From an uncultured Bacteroidota bacterium (lineage in GTDB: Bacteria > Bacteroidota > Bacteroidia > Bacteroidales > UBA10428), in contig CAVTDR010000006.1 of the NCBI GenBank assembly GCA_963733535.1, positions 1,926,775 through 1,990,774 on the forward strand: a DNA stretch of 64,000 nt. Direction: 5' to 3'. The position numbers and the translations under genes were made by a program. Each line of letters starts with the position of its first letter. Within the stretch, counting starts at the first letter, position 1. The notes beneath the pieces are model-generated. The model saw only the letters and a list, made by a program, of their open reading frames with translations. It was not told the origin of the DNA and did not search any database. This document shows positions 9,433-19,897 of the stretch, in pieces.

Positions 9433-10047
9433 TTAAAAAACAAATATTGGATTTCTGGATGATTCTTTAACCATTGCCTCATTATATCGTTTGGTAATAA
9501 TTTGCCAGTTAACGAGATTTAAAAAAGCTTCAACATACGCTTTTTTATCGGAGCCGAAATCTTCCTGATAAGCATGTTCCCAGACGTCGCATACCAACAA
9601 AGGACGAAGTGTCCGATGAAGCAGATGACCCGTATTCTGGTTTTTGACAATTTCCATCAATCCATCCTTATTGATAACAAGCCATATCCATCCCGATTGG
9701 ATGGACATGGCATATTTTATAAACGTGTCCTTAAAGGATTGCAGTGAACCAAAGCATCCGTTGATGGTACCTATAAAATCACAATCCTCTGGCTTTGTCG
9801 CTCCAGGCATCAAAGCTTCGAAATAATACTCATGATTCTGGATTTGAATGGCATTATACAGAATTGGACCTTTAGCCACCTTCACGAGAGTCGGAATATC
9901 TGCATTTTCAAAAATAGTTTTGGAAATCAGAATATTCAGATTCTTAACATAGGCCAAAAAGTACTTGCTATAATGCTCTTCAACCATACTTCTGGAGAAA
10001 TAGGGTTCAAGAGCATGATGTTTATAAGGAAGCGGTTTGGTTTTCAT
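9433..10047 (-). CDS. Fe/Mn superoxide dismutase family protein (divergent)
   Basis: LPYKHHALEPY, NH (QIQNHEYY), QSGWIWLV and DVWEHAY are all present, so all four metal ligands align by eye to E. coli SodB. The KHH motif is replaced by KYF. Confidence 0.8.
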   Translation of the reverse strand: MKTKPLPYKHHALEPYFSRSMVEEHYSKYFLAYVKNLNILISKTIFENADIPTLVKVAKGPILYNAIQIQNHEYYFEALMPGATKPEDCDFIGTINGCFGSLQSFKDTFIKYAMSIQSGWIWLVINKDGLMEIVKNQNTGHLLHRTLRPLLVCDVWEHAYQEDFGSDKKAYVEAFLNLVNWQIITKRYNEAMVKESSRNPIFVF

Positions 10048-10061
10048 CGCAGAAAAGCGGG

Positions 10062-10565
10062 CTATGAATAATCCACAAGTGATTCCATCAATTTCTTGCG
10101 GGTAAAAAAGATCCGGCTCTTTACCGTTCCGATTTTCAAATTCAGATTATCGGCAATCTCCTGGTATTTATATCCCTCATTGTGCATTTGGAAAGGAATC
10201 TTGAATTCATTATCCAGATTATTGATCACGTGACTGATTTCATTATATGCATATTCTGAATCAGGCATGGAATACTTTGACTCTTTGGTATTGTTCAGCA
10301 GAAATAAATCCTTGGTATTATCTACAATAGTGCTAACTCTTACCGATTTCCTGTAATTGTTAATGAATATATTCTTCATAATGGTAAACACCCAAGCTTT
10401 CAGATTGGTGAATTCCACAAATTTATCCTTGTATGTTAGCGCTTTTAAGAATGTTTCCTGTAACAGATCTTTGGCTTCCTCTTTATTATATGTTAATGAC
10501 AACGCAAATCGCTCCATATGGTCCTTCATGCTGATAAGCTTGCTGTTAAATTCCTGGGTAGTCAT
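10062..10565 (-). CDS. ECF-type RNA polymerase sigma-70 family factor
   Basis: Region 2 (LLQETFLKAL...WVFTIMKNIFINNYRK) and region 4 HTH (YQEIADNLNLKIGTVKSRIFFTRKKL). Confidence 0.85.
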   Translation of the reverse strand: MTTQEFNSKLISMKDHMERFALSLTYNKEEAKDLLQETFLKALTYKDKFVEFTNLKAWVFTIMKNIFINNYRKSVRVSTIVDNTKDLFLLNNTKESKYSMPDSEYAYNEISHVINNLDNEFKIPFQMHNEGYKYQEIADNLNLKIGTVKSRIFFTRKKLMESLVDYS

Positions 10566-10745
10566 TGCAGATAGTTTTAAAGTTAGTAATAGCGTACTTC
10601 AAAACTATTGTATATAATCCATGTGGGCTTTAAGACCGCATTAAGGTTGCATTAAGAACTGATTAAGATTGAGTAATGCCGGCACACTGCGTCTGTAGGC
10701 AGATAGCTGATATGTAACTGATATTCAGTATAATATTCTAAAACG

Positions 10746-11435
10746 TTAGACGTTAGGCGATTCCTCTTCCTGGAGCAGATATCCAAAGCCTACTTTGGTG
10801 TGAATGAGCTTTTGTTTGAAATCCTTATCGATTTTTTTCCGGAGTGAGTTGATATGAACATCGATAACATTGGTGCCCGTATTGAACGAAAAACCCCATA
10901 TTTTTTCAGCGATATCTATCCGGTCAAATACTTTTCCCTTATTATTAAGCAGAAGTTCGAGAATTTTATATTCTGTGGGTGTGAGCTTGATGTGTTTTTT
11001 ATTTCTTTTCACTGTTCGGGCAATAGAATCGAGTTCCAGGTCAAGCGCCCGGATTAGAGGATTTACAAAAGAGTCTTTGTTTCTCCGGTTTAAGGCATTA
11101 ATCCGCGCCAACAGTTCGCGAAAGCTAAAGGGTTTAATCACGTAATCATCAGCTCCGCATTCAAATCCGGTTAATTTGTCTTCAACTGAGTCGAGCGATG
11201 TAAGCATGATGATGGGAGTAAGAATGTTTGAGCCTCTGATTTTTTTACACAAATCGAAACCCGACATTCCCGGTATTACTACATCCAGAATAATAATGTC
11301 ATAGGTTTTAGAGATTGCAAATTTTTCACCCCGAGGGCCGTCATATGCGATATCAACCAGGTAATTATTGCTTTCAAGGCCAATTTTCACAAACGATGCA
11401 ATTTTGGGATCGTCTTCAACAAGCAATATCTTCAT
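10746..11435 (-). CDS. OmpR-family response regulator (REC + winged-helix)
   Basis: MKILLVEDDP...ILDVVIPGMSGF...IKP. C-terminal Trans_reg_C pattern LTPTEYKILELLLNNKGKVF...VDVHINSLRKKI. Confidence 0.9.
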   Translation of the reverse strand: MKILLVEDDPKIASFVKIGLESNNYLVDIAYDGPRGEKFAISKTYDIIILDVVIPGMSGFDLCKKIRGSNILTPIIMLTSLDSVEDKLTGFECGADDYVIKPFSFRELLARINALNRRNKDSFVNPLIRALDLELDSIARTVKRNKKHIKLTPTEYKILELLLNNKGKVFDRIDIAEKIWGFSFNTGTNVIDVHINSLRKKIDKDFKQKLIHTKVGFGYLLQEEESPNV

Positions 11436-11640
11436 AATTCTTATTCTTTAACACGAATGAAAAAATTATTTCAATGTTTAAATGAATAATTATTGCGCAA
11501 AGGTATTTATTTTTTATTAAACTCTTTTGCTTTTCAATTGTCACTATTGGGTATTCATTTTATTTGAACCTAAATTGCTCTACATTTGAATAGCAATTCA
11601 ATCTACTGAAATTTAAATTCATATGTAAAATTTCATTCTC

Positions 11641-14600
11641 ATGCCACCCTCGTTCCTTTTTCAGAAAAATGCCAAACGCAGTAACGCATTATATCAATTT
11701 GCTATCCATGCCTGCCTAAGCATTGTTTTATTGGTTGCATCGATAGAGCTTCTGCGTTCCAATGGCTTACTGTTTGGTTCTGATTTAGAACGAATACCAC
11801 TAATGAGTCGCATTGCTGCTGTTTGTTTCATAATAAGTGCTATCGCTTTTTTTCAGTTAAAGACAGATTCCGGATATTTTAAACAATTTCAGCGATATCG
11901 CCTCTTAGCCTCAATATTTTTGGGATTCATAGGGCTTACTACCATCCTGTTTTATCTCTACAATAATTATTTTCATACCTCCGGGTTCCTAAGACCCCTC
12001 GATTTTTTTGAAAGTCTGTTTCAACGGCATTCCATGAATGTATTTACTGCACTGAATTTCATTGGAGTCAGTGTGGTAATATTTTTATTGGACCGAAAGG
12101 GGAGAAAAGCGGAAATGGCACACATTATCATACTACCAGTGGCAGCCATCAGCCTTTTCTTTATACTGGGTTCCATATTTGAAGTATACTCTATTGCTCA
12201 TATAGCATTTGTTCCTTTTCCTCCGGCCACCGGGATATCTTTTCTATTTATTTGTACGGCAATTCTGTTTATACTGCCAAAATCATGGTTGATGGGCATT
12301 TTTACCGCTCCTGAAATCGGAGGAATAATTGCCCGAAGGATAATCCTGCCTACTCTTATACTCCCTTTAATTTTTGGTTGGTTTCGTATTCAAGGAGAAA
12401 GAACCGGGATTATTAAGTCTGAAGAAGGTATTATTCTGGTTGCCCTCAGTTATATGATGGCTTCCCTGTTTTTGATCTGGTTTATTGCACAATATGGTAA
12501 TAAAATCGACAGACTTCGAAGAATTTCGGATCGGGCATTGATGAAATCCAATCAACGGCTGGCATTATTGTCAGATATTGCAGGCAAGCTGTTGGCGACT
12601 GATCAACCACAAAATATTGTGGATGAATTATGCAGTAAGGTTATGAAACATCTGGACTGCCAGGTGTTTTTCAATTTTTTAATGGATGAGTCATCCGGCA
12701 AGATTTATTTGAATGCGTGTGCAGGAATTTCAGATTTCGAAAAAGAAGGAGTCAAATGGCTGGACTGTAGTTCGAGTGTCTGTGGTTGTGTAGCCGTCAA
12801 AGGCGAACGGATTATTGCAGAAGATATACAAAACCAACCTGACCCTCAAACCGATCTGGTACGGTCATATGGAATTAAAGCGTATGCTTGTCATCCGCTG
12901 ATGTCTAATAATAAAATTATTGGAACGCTTTCATTTGGTACCCGCAACAGGGAGCATTTTCATACCGATGAGATTTCCCTGATGAAGGTCGTTGCTGATC
13001 AGGTTGCCATTGCTATGGCACGTATTAAACATGAAAATGAATTAAAGGAAAGCGAAAACCGGTTCCGCATCATTGCACAATCATTACCGGTTTTGGTGGC
13101 CATTTCCCGAAAAAGTGATGCCACCGTGGTTTTTGTAAACGAAATGTATGAGCGATCCTTTGGTTATGCACCCGGAACAATAGTCGGCTTAAAGGCGCTC
13201 GATCTATATTATGATCCTAAAGAGCGGGATGGATTGGTTCGCATTCTCGAACAGAAACACTCAATAGAGAACCGTGAAGTTCGGGTAAAGCGGATGGATG
13301 GATCCGATTTTTGGGTTTTAACATCGGTACGCACAATCATGTATGATGGAAGTCCTGCATTTTTAAGTGCCATGTTGGATATCACAGACCGGAAAAAAGC
13401 ACAGGACGAACTGTTACATTTGAACCGCACCCTGGATGCGCTTAGAAAAAGCGGCCAGATTATGATGCATTCATCAGATGAAGAACAATATCTGAATGAA
13501 GTCTGTAAAATCATCATTGAAAGTGGGCACATGATGGTGTGGATCGGCTATGCTATGGACGATGAAGAAAAAAGTGTAAAACCCGTAGCGTTCTCAGGAT
13601 TTGATGAAGGATATATTGATCATATGAAAATTTCATGGGCAGATAATGAAAGAGGACGCGGACCCACAGGAACTGCCATTCGGACCGGAAAGCCTTCTAT
13701 ATGTCAGGATATGCTGAATGATCCCAATTTTGTACCCTGGCGGGCAGAAGCAGCCAAAAGGGGCTACGCATCTTCTGTTGTTTTGCCCCTGCTTACCAAT
13801 GGCAAACCATTTGGTTCCATTTCAATCTATTCTAAGATGCCGGGTGCATTTGCGCCTGCTGAAGTTGATCTCCTCAAGGATCTGGCGGATGATCTTTCTT
13901 TTGGAATCATGAATATCCGTCTGGCCGAACAGGAAAAAAAAGCTGCCCGGCTCATACGGGAAAGCGAAACCAAATACCGTCAGCTGTTCGAAGGCATGGT
14001 AGAAGGATTTATGTTGGCCCAAATTATTATCAATGCAGAAGGTCACCCTGAAGATTATAAAATTATCAGTGTAAATCCTGCTTACGAAAAACAAAGTGGA
14101 TTAAAAGCAAATGACATTCTGGGCAGAAATATAAAAGACATTTTGCCTGCCTTGGAAGATTATTGGGTTGAAATATTTGGAAAAGTGGCGCTGACAGGTG
14201 AAACTGTTGAAGTTGAGAATTACTCCCATGATCTCAACCGATATTTTAAGGGCAGTGCTTTTTGTCCCGAATATGGATATTTCGCCGTTATTTTTGAAAA
14301 TGTAACCGAACAGATAATGGCCCGGCAGGAACTGAACAGAACAAAGAACTACCTCGAGAATTTAATCAATTATGCAAATGCACCCATCATTGTGTGGAAT
14401 AACCAGCTTGAAATTCAGCTGTTCAATCATGCATTTGAACGGTTAACTGGTTACACCGCGGCTGAAACAGAAGGAAAAAGCCTGGAAATACTTTTTCCAG
14501 GTGAAAGCCGTTCTGAATCGTACGACAAAATCCGGACCGCTTATACAGCAAATCTGGAAACCATCGAAATACCAATTATTACCAAAAACAAGGAAGTAAG

Positions 14601-15786
14601 AACGGTTCTTTGGAATTCAGCTAATATTTATGATCCGGATAACCATACTGTTATTTCTACGATTGCGCAGGGAAATGATATTACCGAACGTATTCGTGCC
14701 GAACAGGCTGTAATTGACGCAATGGAAAAACTCGATCTCGCGTTGGAAAATGCGAATATTGGAATCTGGGAGTGGGATGTAGAATCTGATATGATCCGGC
14801 TTGATGAAAAAACGATCCGGATGACTGGCATCCATGAAGAAACGGAACTTAAAATAGATGCTTTTGAGCGGTTCATACATGAAGATGATATTCCCCATTT
14901 TAAAAGAGCTATTCGAAATGCTGTTCTGAATGATACGCCCTTTGATACCATTTTCAGGGTGGGACAAGGGGGTAATTATAAGTATATTAACGCAAAGGCA
15001 CGCGCAGGTAAGAATATCGCAGGATCTCCTGTTCGTATGGCAGGTGTCTTTATTGATATTACTGAAATGAAACAGCACACCGATCAAACCCTGTTTACCC
15101 TGAACGAGGATTTGATGCGATCCAATAAAGAACTTGAACAATTTGCCTATGTGGCTTCACATGATTTACAGGAACCTTTACGGATGATTTCCAGCTTTAC
15201 CCAACTTCTGGAGCGGAAATACACAAATCAACTGGATGCAGAAGCACATGAATTTATAAAGTTTGCTGTTGACGGGGCATTTAGAATGCAAACCCTGATC
15301 AATGATTTGTTGGAATTCTCCAGGATAAAAACAAGGGGAAAAACTCCGGTTGATGTAGATATGCAAGAGGTACTGGCTCAAACCATACACAACCTGAGTA
15401 TGAGAATACGTGAAAAAAATGCACTGATTAATGCAGATCCGTTGCCTGTTATTCAGGCTGATCCGGGGCAAATGGTACAATTATTACAAAATCTGATTGA
15501 TAATGCCCTCAAGTTTTGCGGCGAACTGCCCATGATTCATATTTCCTCGTATGAAGAACCCCATCAATATGTTTTTATTGTAAAAGATAATGGAATAGGT
15601 ATTGATACACAATACTATGATCGGATTTTCCAGATATTCCAGCGATTGCACCTAAAAAGCGATTATGAGGGTACCGGAATCGGACTGGCCATTTGCCGAA
15701 GAATTGTTGAGCGACATGGCGGAAAAATATGGGTAGAACCCAATACAGAAAAAGGAACTATATTTAAATTTACCATTAAAAAATAA
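11641..15786 (+). CDS. very large sensor histidine kinase (polytopic membrane N-terminus, multiple GAF/PAS modules, HisKA + HATPase)
   Basis: 1381 aa. About 300 aa of repeated hydrophobic helices, then repeated PAS/GAF-like blocks separated by coiled linkers. H-box ASHDLQEPLRMISSF. G-boxes DNGIGI and GTGIGLAICRRIVE. Confidence 0.9.
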   Translation: MPPSFLFQKNAKRSNALYQFAIHACLSIVLLVASIELLRSNGLLFGSDLERIPLMSRIAAVCFIISAIAFFQLKTDSGYFKQFQRYRLLASIFLGFIGLTTILFYLYNNYFHTSGFLRPLDFFESLFQRHSMNVFTALNFIGVSVVIFLLDRKGRKAEMAHIIILPVAAISLFFILGSIFEVYSIAHIAFVPFPPATGISFLFICTAILFILPKSWLMGIFTAPEIGGIIARRIILPTLILPLIFGWFRIQGERTGIIKSEEGIILVALSYMMASLFLIWFIAQYGNKIDRLRRISDRALMKSNQRLALLSDIAGKLLATDQPQNIVDELCSKVMKHLDCQVFFNFLMDESSGKIYLNACAGISDFEKEGVKWLDCSSSVCGCVAVKGERIIAEDIQNQPDPQTDLVRSYGIKAYACHPLMSNNKIIGTLSFGTRNREHFHTDEISLMKVVADQVAIAMARIKHENELKESENRFRIIAQSLPVLVAISRKSDATVVFVNEMYERSFGYAPGTIVGLKALDLYYDPKERDGLVRILEQKHSIENREVRVKRMDGSDFWVLTSVRTIMYDGSPAFLSAMLDITDRKKAQDELLHLNRTLDALRKSGQIMMHSSDEEQYLNEVCKIIIESGHMMVWIGYAMDDEEKSVKPVAFSGFDEGYIDHMKISWADNERGRGPTGTAIRTGKPSICQDMLNDPNFVPWRAEAAKRGYASSVVLPLLTNGKPFGSISIYSKMPGAFAPAEVDLLKDLADDLSFGIMNIRLAEQEKKAARLIRESETKYRQLFEGMVEGFMLAQIIINAEGHPEDYKIISVNPAYEKQSGLKANDILGRNIKDILPALEDYWVEIFGKVALTGETVEVENYSHDLNRYFKGSAFCPEYGYFAVIFENVTEQIMARQELNRTKNYLENLINYANAPIIVWNNQLEIQLFNHAFERLTGYTAAETEGKSLEILFPGESRSESYDKIRTAYTANLETIEIPIITKNKEVRTVLWNSANIYDPDNHTVISTIAQGNDITERIRAEQAVIDAMEKLDLALENANIGIWEWDVESDMIRLDEKTIRMTGIHEETELKIDAFERFIHEDDIPHFKRAIRNAVLNDTPFDTIFRVGQGGNYKYINAKARAGKNIAGSPVRMAGVFIDITEMKQHTDQTLFTLNEDLMRSNKELEQFAYVASHDLQEPLRMISSFTQLLERKYTNQLDAEAHEFIKFAVDGAFRMQTLINDLLEFSRIKTRGKTPVDVDMQEVLAQTIHNLSMRIREKNALINADPLPVIQADPGQMVQLLQNLIDNALKFCGELPMIHISSYEEPHQYVFIVKDNGIGIDTQYYDRIFQIFQRLHLKSDYEGTGIGLAICRRIVERHGGKIWVEPNTEKGTIFKFTIKK

Positions 15787-15797
15787 CAATTTTAAAC

Positions 15798-16244
15798 ATG
15801 GAAAAATCCAATTTAAATTCAATTGATATACTTATCGTTGAAGATAACGACGGAGATGCCCGGTTAATTCGTGAGGTTTTTAATGAGAATAAATTATTTA
15901 ATTCATTGCACTTTGTCAGGGACGGTGAGGAAGCTATGGATTTTCTTTTCAGAAGGGGCAAATATGATGATGCGGTTCGGCCTGATTTGATTATCCTTGA
16001 TCTTAATCTTCCACGTAAAGATGGAAGAGAGGTGCTGGCGGAAATCAAAAGCGATCCTTTACTCAAGCAGATTCCGGTTGTAATTATGACCATCTCTCAG
16101 GCTGAAGAAGATATTTTAAAATCATATAATCTTCATGCTAATTGTTATGTAACCAAACCCATCGACCTGAACCAATTCAGTAAAGTGATCAGGTCGATTG
16201 AAAATTTCTGGTTTTCAATTGTAAAGCTTCCTCCTAAGGAGTAA
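15798..16244 (+). CDS. single-domain response regulator (Rcp1/CheY-like)
   Basis: ILIVEDNDGDARLI...ILDLNLPRKDG...TKP. It starts 11 nt after the kinase stop. Confidence 0.9.
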   Translation: MEKSNLNSIDILIVEDNDGDARLIREVFNENKLFNSLHFVRDGEEAMDFLFRRGKYDDAVRPDLIILDLNLPRKDGREVLAEIKSDPLLKQIPVVIMTISQAEEDILKSYNLHANCYVTKPIDLNQFSKVIRSIENFWFSIVKLPPKE

Positions 16245-16288
16245 TGTTCTGGAAAGCCGGCTTAATTAACTAAAATCATACCTTTCCC

Positions 16289-18118
16289 ATGCTAAGTATC
16301 CTATTAATTGAAGATAATCCTGGTGATGTTGTTCTGGTAAGGGAAATGCTTAAATCTGCCGGTCTCAGCTTCCAGTTTAAACATGTATCTACTTTACAGG
16401 ATAGTTTAAAATTATGCGTTGAACATTATTATGATATTATTTTGCTTGATTTAGGACTCCCCGACAGCGGGGGCATTGAAACACTTAAAAAAATACACGC
16501 ATTTAATGTGAACTCACCGCTCATTGTAATGACCGGTCTGGATGATGAAGATATTGCCCTGGCGTCATTGAGGGAAGGGGCTCAGGATTATCTTGTGAAG
16601 AGTCGTCTAACATCGGATATCATTTTGAGAAGTATAAAATACAGTATTGAGCGGAAAAAAATTCAGGACTTACAGAAATTATATGCACAGCGATTTTCAA
16701 TACTTTCGGAGTGTACCGGAGCCTTAAACGAATATGAGGATATACCCACTGTTTTCAGGATTATATGTAAAAATATAAGAATATTAGTTCATAATGCCCA
16801 GGCACTTGCATTTGATTTTCCTGCGCAAAACAACCTGCGCATTTCCGGAATCGATTGGATGTCCCACTGGTTTGAACAGATACAGATTCTTACCGGCTAT
16901 GATATGAGTAATCCGGTTTTCAGGCTTACACAACATGGAAAAAGTAAACTTTTATCGGTCTGCGGAAATCATATAAAAAAAATTGATGATGCCATCTATG
17001 AAGTTTGTGAAGGAGTTATGGATCACAACGCACGTGTTCGGTTCGAAAACATGCTTAATATTCATCATGTGTACTCCATTGGATTTCATCGTCAAAGTTC
17101 GTTTTACGGAGGAATGATCATATTCTGTCAGAGACCCATCCTGGATGAAGACATCAAAATAATTGAGGCCATTAGCAGTCAGACATCTTTAAATATCCAG
17201 CGCCGTTTTATTGAATTCGAATTAAGAAACAGTGAAGACCGTTATCGCATGCTGGCGAAAGATCTTGAAGTGAAAATCCATGAAAGAACAAAAGATATAG
17301 AGCAAGTGAATGAACAGCTGAATAAGGAACTGTTCGAGCGTATTCAGGCCGAAAAGGCACTCAGAATGAGTGAGCAACAACTGAAGGAACTGAATGCCAC
17401 AAAGGATAAATTCTTTAATATTGTTGCCCACGACTTGAAAAACCCGTTTACCAGTCTTCTGGGGTCTTCGGAACTGCTGTTTCAAAATATCGACCATTTG
17501 GATCTCGACCATATTAAAAAGCTCGCCATCATTCTGAATGATTCTGCCAAAAGCGGATACGCTATTTTACAAAACCTGCTGGATTGGTCAAGGTCTCAAA
17601 CCGGCACGCTAAAATACAACCCCGAAAATGTAAATTTGAAGAAACTGATCGATGAAAATATTGTAAATCTGGAACTTTTCTGTATCAATAAAGAAATTAC
17701 AATTGATGCTCTGGTGGACGATGAACTGATTGTTTATGCTGATAAAAATATGCTAAATACAGTGATTCGCAATCTGGTAAGTAATGCTCTTAAATTCTCT
17801 TACAGGTCCAGTAAAGTATTGATAAAAGCCATCGCAAAACCCAATGAAATACTGGTGTCTGTTAAAGATTACGGAACGGGTATACCGGATGACTGTACTG
17901 ACAAAATTTTCAGAATAGATTCGAAATATACCGTTCCGGGTACTGAAAATGAACAGGGAACAGGTTTGGGCCTTAAGCTAAGTAAGGAATTTGTGGAAAG
18001 ACTCGGTGGTAAAATATGGGTAGAATCCACTGAAAATAAAGGCAGTGAATTTATTTTTACCATTGCTGTAAGAAAGCCTGAAATCAGGCATAAATCTGTG
18101 TTGACAAAGACAACCTGA
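16289..18118 (+). CDS. hybrid response regulator-histidine kinase (REC + uncharacterised middle domain + HisKA + HATPase)
   Basis: N-terminal REC (LLIEDNPGD...LLDLGLPDSGG), coiled coil, H-box AHDLKNPFTSLLG, and GTGLGLKLSKEFVE. Confidence 0.9.
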   Translation: MLSILLIEDNPGDVVLVREMLKSAGLSFQFKHVSTLQDSLKLCVEHYYDIILLDLGLPDSGGIETLKKIHAFNVNSPLIVMTGLDDEDIALASLREGAQDYLVKSRLTSDIILRSIKYSIERKKIQDLQKLYAQRFSILSECTGALNEYEDIPTVFRIICKNIRILVHNAQALAFDFPAQNNLRISGIDWMSHWFEQIQILTGYDMSNPVFRLTQHGKSKLLSVCGNHIKKIDDAIYEVCEGVMDHNARVRFENMLNIHHVYSIGFHRQSSFYGGMIIFCQRPILDEDIKIIEAISSQTSLNIQRRFIEFELRNSEDRYRMLAKDLEVKIHERTKDIEQVNEQLNKELFERIQAEKALRMSEQQLKELNATKDKFFNIVAHDLKNPFTSLLGSSELLFQNIDHLDLDHIKKLAIILNDSAKSGYAILQNLLDWSRSQTGTLKYNPENVNLKKLIDENIVNLELFCINKEITIDALVDDELIVYADKNMLNTVIRNLVSNALKFSYRSSKVLIKAIAKPNEILVSVKDYGTGIPDDCTDKIFRIDSKYTVPGTENEQGTGLGLKLSKEFVERLGGKIWVESTENKGSEFIFTIAVRKPEIRHKSVLTKTT

Positions 18119-18153
18119 CGAAGTATTTGGGCTCTGCTTTATTCCCACCTATA

Positions 18154-19440
18154 TTATACTCCTTCCCTGATTTTCGGCTTAATGATCAAACGTAAACTCT
18201 GGTCGTAAGTAAAATAGTGATAAGCCCAGTTGATGAATATCAACAGCCTGTTTTTCACACCTACAATTGACATCAGGTGAATGAACATCCAGAACAGCCA
18301 TGCCACCCATCCCTGAAAACGAAAGTAGGGAAGATCCACCACTGCCTTGTTCCTGCCAATCGTTGCAAGTGTTCCCAAATCACGATATCTAAATGGTTTC
18401 AGTGGTTTTTTCTTCAAATACCGGGATAGGTTTTTTGCCAGGTTTTTTGCCTGTTGAATGGCTCCCTGCGCCACCTGCGGATGTCCTTTTGGATATTGCT
18501 CACTCGGCATGAGCGCAATATCGCCAATGGCGAAAATGTTTTCATATCCTTCTACCCGGTTAAAAGTATCTACCTTTATCCGGTTGCTTGCAGAAATGAC
18601 CTCTTTGTTTAAACCGTCCACCACATTTCCTTTAATACCGGCAGCCCATATCAGTGTATATGCCTGAAGTTGTGTTTGGTCGCTCAAAAAAACCGTTTTC
18701 CCATCATAATTCGTTACAGTTCTGCCTAAAAACAGGTCAACGCCCATAGATTCCAGATAATCCAGTGCCTTTTGCTGAGATTTTTCAGACATGGCACCCA
18801 GCACCTTGCTTCCTCCTTCTATCAGATATATTTTCATCCGGTTGAAGTCCAGTTCCGGATAATCATTCGGCAAAACATACCTTTTCATTTCTGAAAGCGC
18901 TCCCGACAATTCAACACCTGTGGGACCACCTCCCACAATGGCCAAATTCATTAATGCCGTTTGTTCTTTAATATCGTCCGTATTCAGTGCTTTCTCGAAA
19001 TTATTTAACAGGGTATTGCGTAAACCCAGCGATTCACCTATGCTTTTCATCGGAAGTGCAAATTGTGTGATTGCTTCATTTCCGAAAAAGTTATTTCCTG
19101 CGCCTATGGCAATTACCAGAAAGTCATAGTGCAATGTGCCAATATGGGTTTCTACCAGTTGATCCACTGTATTAATCCTGTTTACTCTTGCTATTCTGAC
19201 ATGTACATTGGGAAAACGCTGAAACGCTTTACGTAGCGGAAATGCAATTGCACTGGGCTCGATACCCGCAGTAGAAACCTGATAAAACAGGGGTTGAAAA
19301 GAATGATAATTGTTCTTATCCAGTAAAACAATCTGGAAATTTTTCTTAGCCAATTGCCTTGCAAGCTTTAGTCCTCCGAATCCGGCTCCGGCAATGACGA
19401 CCCTTTTTTGCGGGGTATCGGGGATGTTCGTTAAATTCAT
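18154..19440 (-). CDS. ndh: type II NADH dehydrogenase (NDH-2), FAD/NAD(P)-binding oxidoreductase
   Basis: N-terminal GxGxxG (VVIAGAGFGGLKLA), second dinucleotide fold (IVGGGPTGVELSG) and a C-terminal membrane-anchoring helix. Confidence 0.85.
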   Translation of the reverse strand: MNLTNIPDTPQKRVVIAGAGFGGLKLARQLAKKNFQIVLLDKNNYHSFQPLFYQVSTAGIEPSAIAFPLRKAFQRFPNVHVRIARVNRINTVDQLVETHIGTLHYDFLVIAIGAGNNFFGNEAITQFALPMKSIGESLGLRNTLLNNFEKALNTDDIKEQTALMNLAIVGGGPTGVELSGALSEMKRYVLPNDYPELDFNRMKIYLIEGGSKVLGAMSEKSQQKALDYLESMGVDLFLGRTVTNYDGKTVFLSDQTQLQAYTLIWAAGIKGNVVDGLNKEVISASNRIKVDTFNRVEGYENIFAIGDIALMPSEQYPKGHPQVAQGAIQQAKNLAKNLSRYLKKKPLKPFRYRDLGTLATIGRNKAVVDLPYFRFQGWVAWLFWMFIHLMSIVGVKNRLLIFINWAYHYFTYDQSLRLIIKPKIREGV

Positions 19441-19506
19441 AGGCTTATAATGATGCTAAATTATGATATTTTCAGCATTACCCGGAGTGCCCTAATGGTT
19501 TTTTAT

Positions 19507-19514
19507 TATATTTG
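19507..19514 (+). promoter_or_regulatory. candidate Bacteroidota -7 promoter box (TAnnTTTG) for the nuo operon
   Basis: TATATTTG lies 33 nt upstream of the nuoA ATG. The -33 TTTG element is not convincing. Confidence 0.35.
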
Positions 19515-19546
19515 CGCCCGATTTCAACGGCTAAGACCTTTCAGCT

Positions 19547-19897
19547 ATGAGTAGTGAAACGCTCGTTCTTTTTTTCTTAATTGGAGTCATTCTGGTTGGA
19601 GGCGCTATCCTCTTTGCGCATTTCCTGGCTCCTTCATCGGTGAATCCTGCCAAATCTGAACCCTATGAATGTGGCATACCGGTGCAAAGTCCCGCCTGGA
19701 TTCAATTTAATGTGGGTTATTATCTTTTTGCTATTGTCTATCTTGTTTTTGATGTGGAAACTGTTTTTATTTTTCCATGGGCCGTGGTAATGCGTGATAT
19801 AGGAATGCGGGCCTTTATTGAAGTTTTGATATTTTTTGCTATCCTGGGACTGGGCCTTTTGTATGCCTGGCGTAAAGATGCATTGAAATGGGTATAA
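19547..19897 (+). CDS. nuoA: NADH-quinone oxidoreductase subunit A
   Basis: 116 aa with three transmembrane segments, YECG motif (EPYECGIP) and FDVE motif. Confidence 0.9.
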   Translation: MSSETLVLFFLIGVILVGGAILFAHFLAPSSVNPAKSEPYECGIPVQSPAWIQFNVGYYLFAIVYLVFDVETVFIFPWAVVMRDIGMRAFIEVLIFFAILGLGLLYAWRKDALKWV

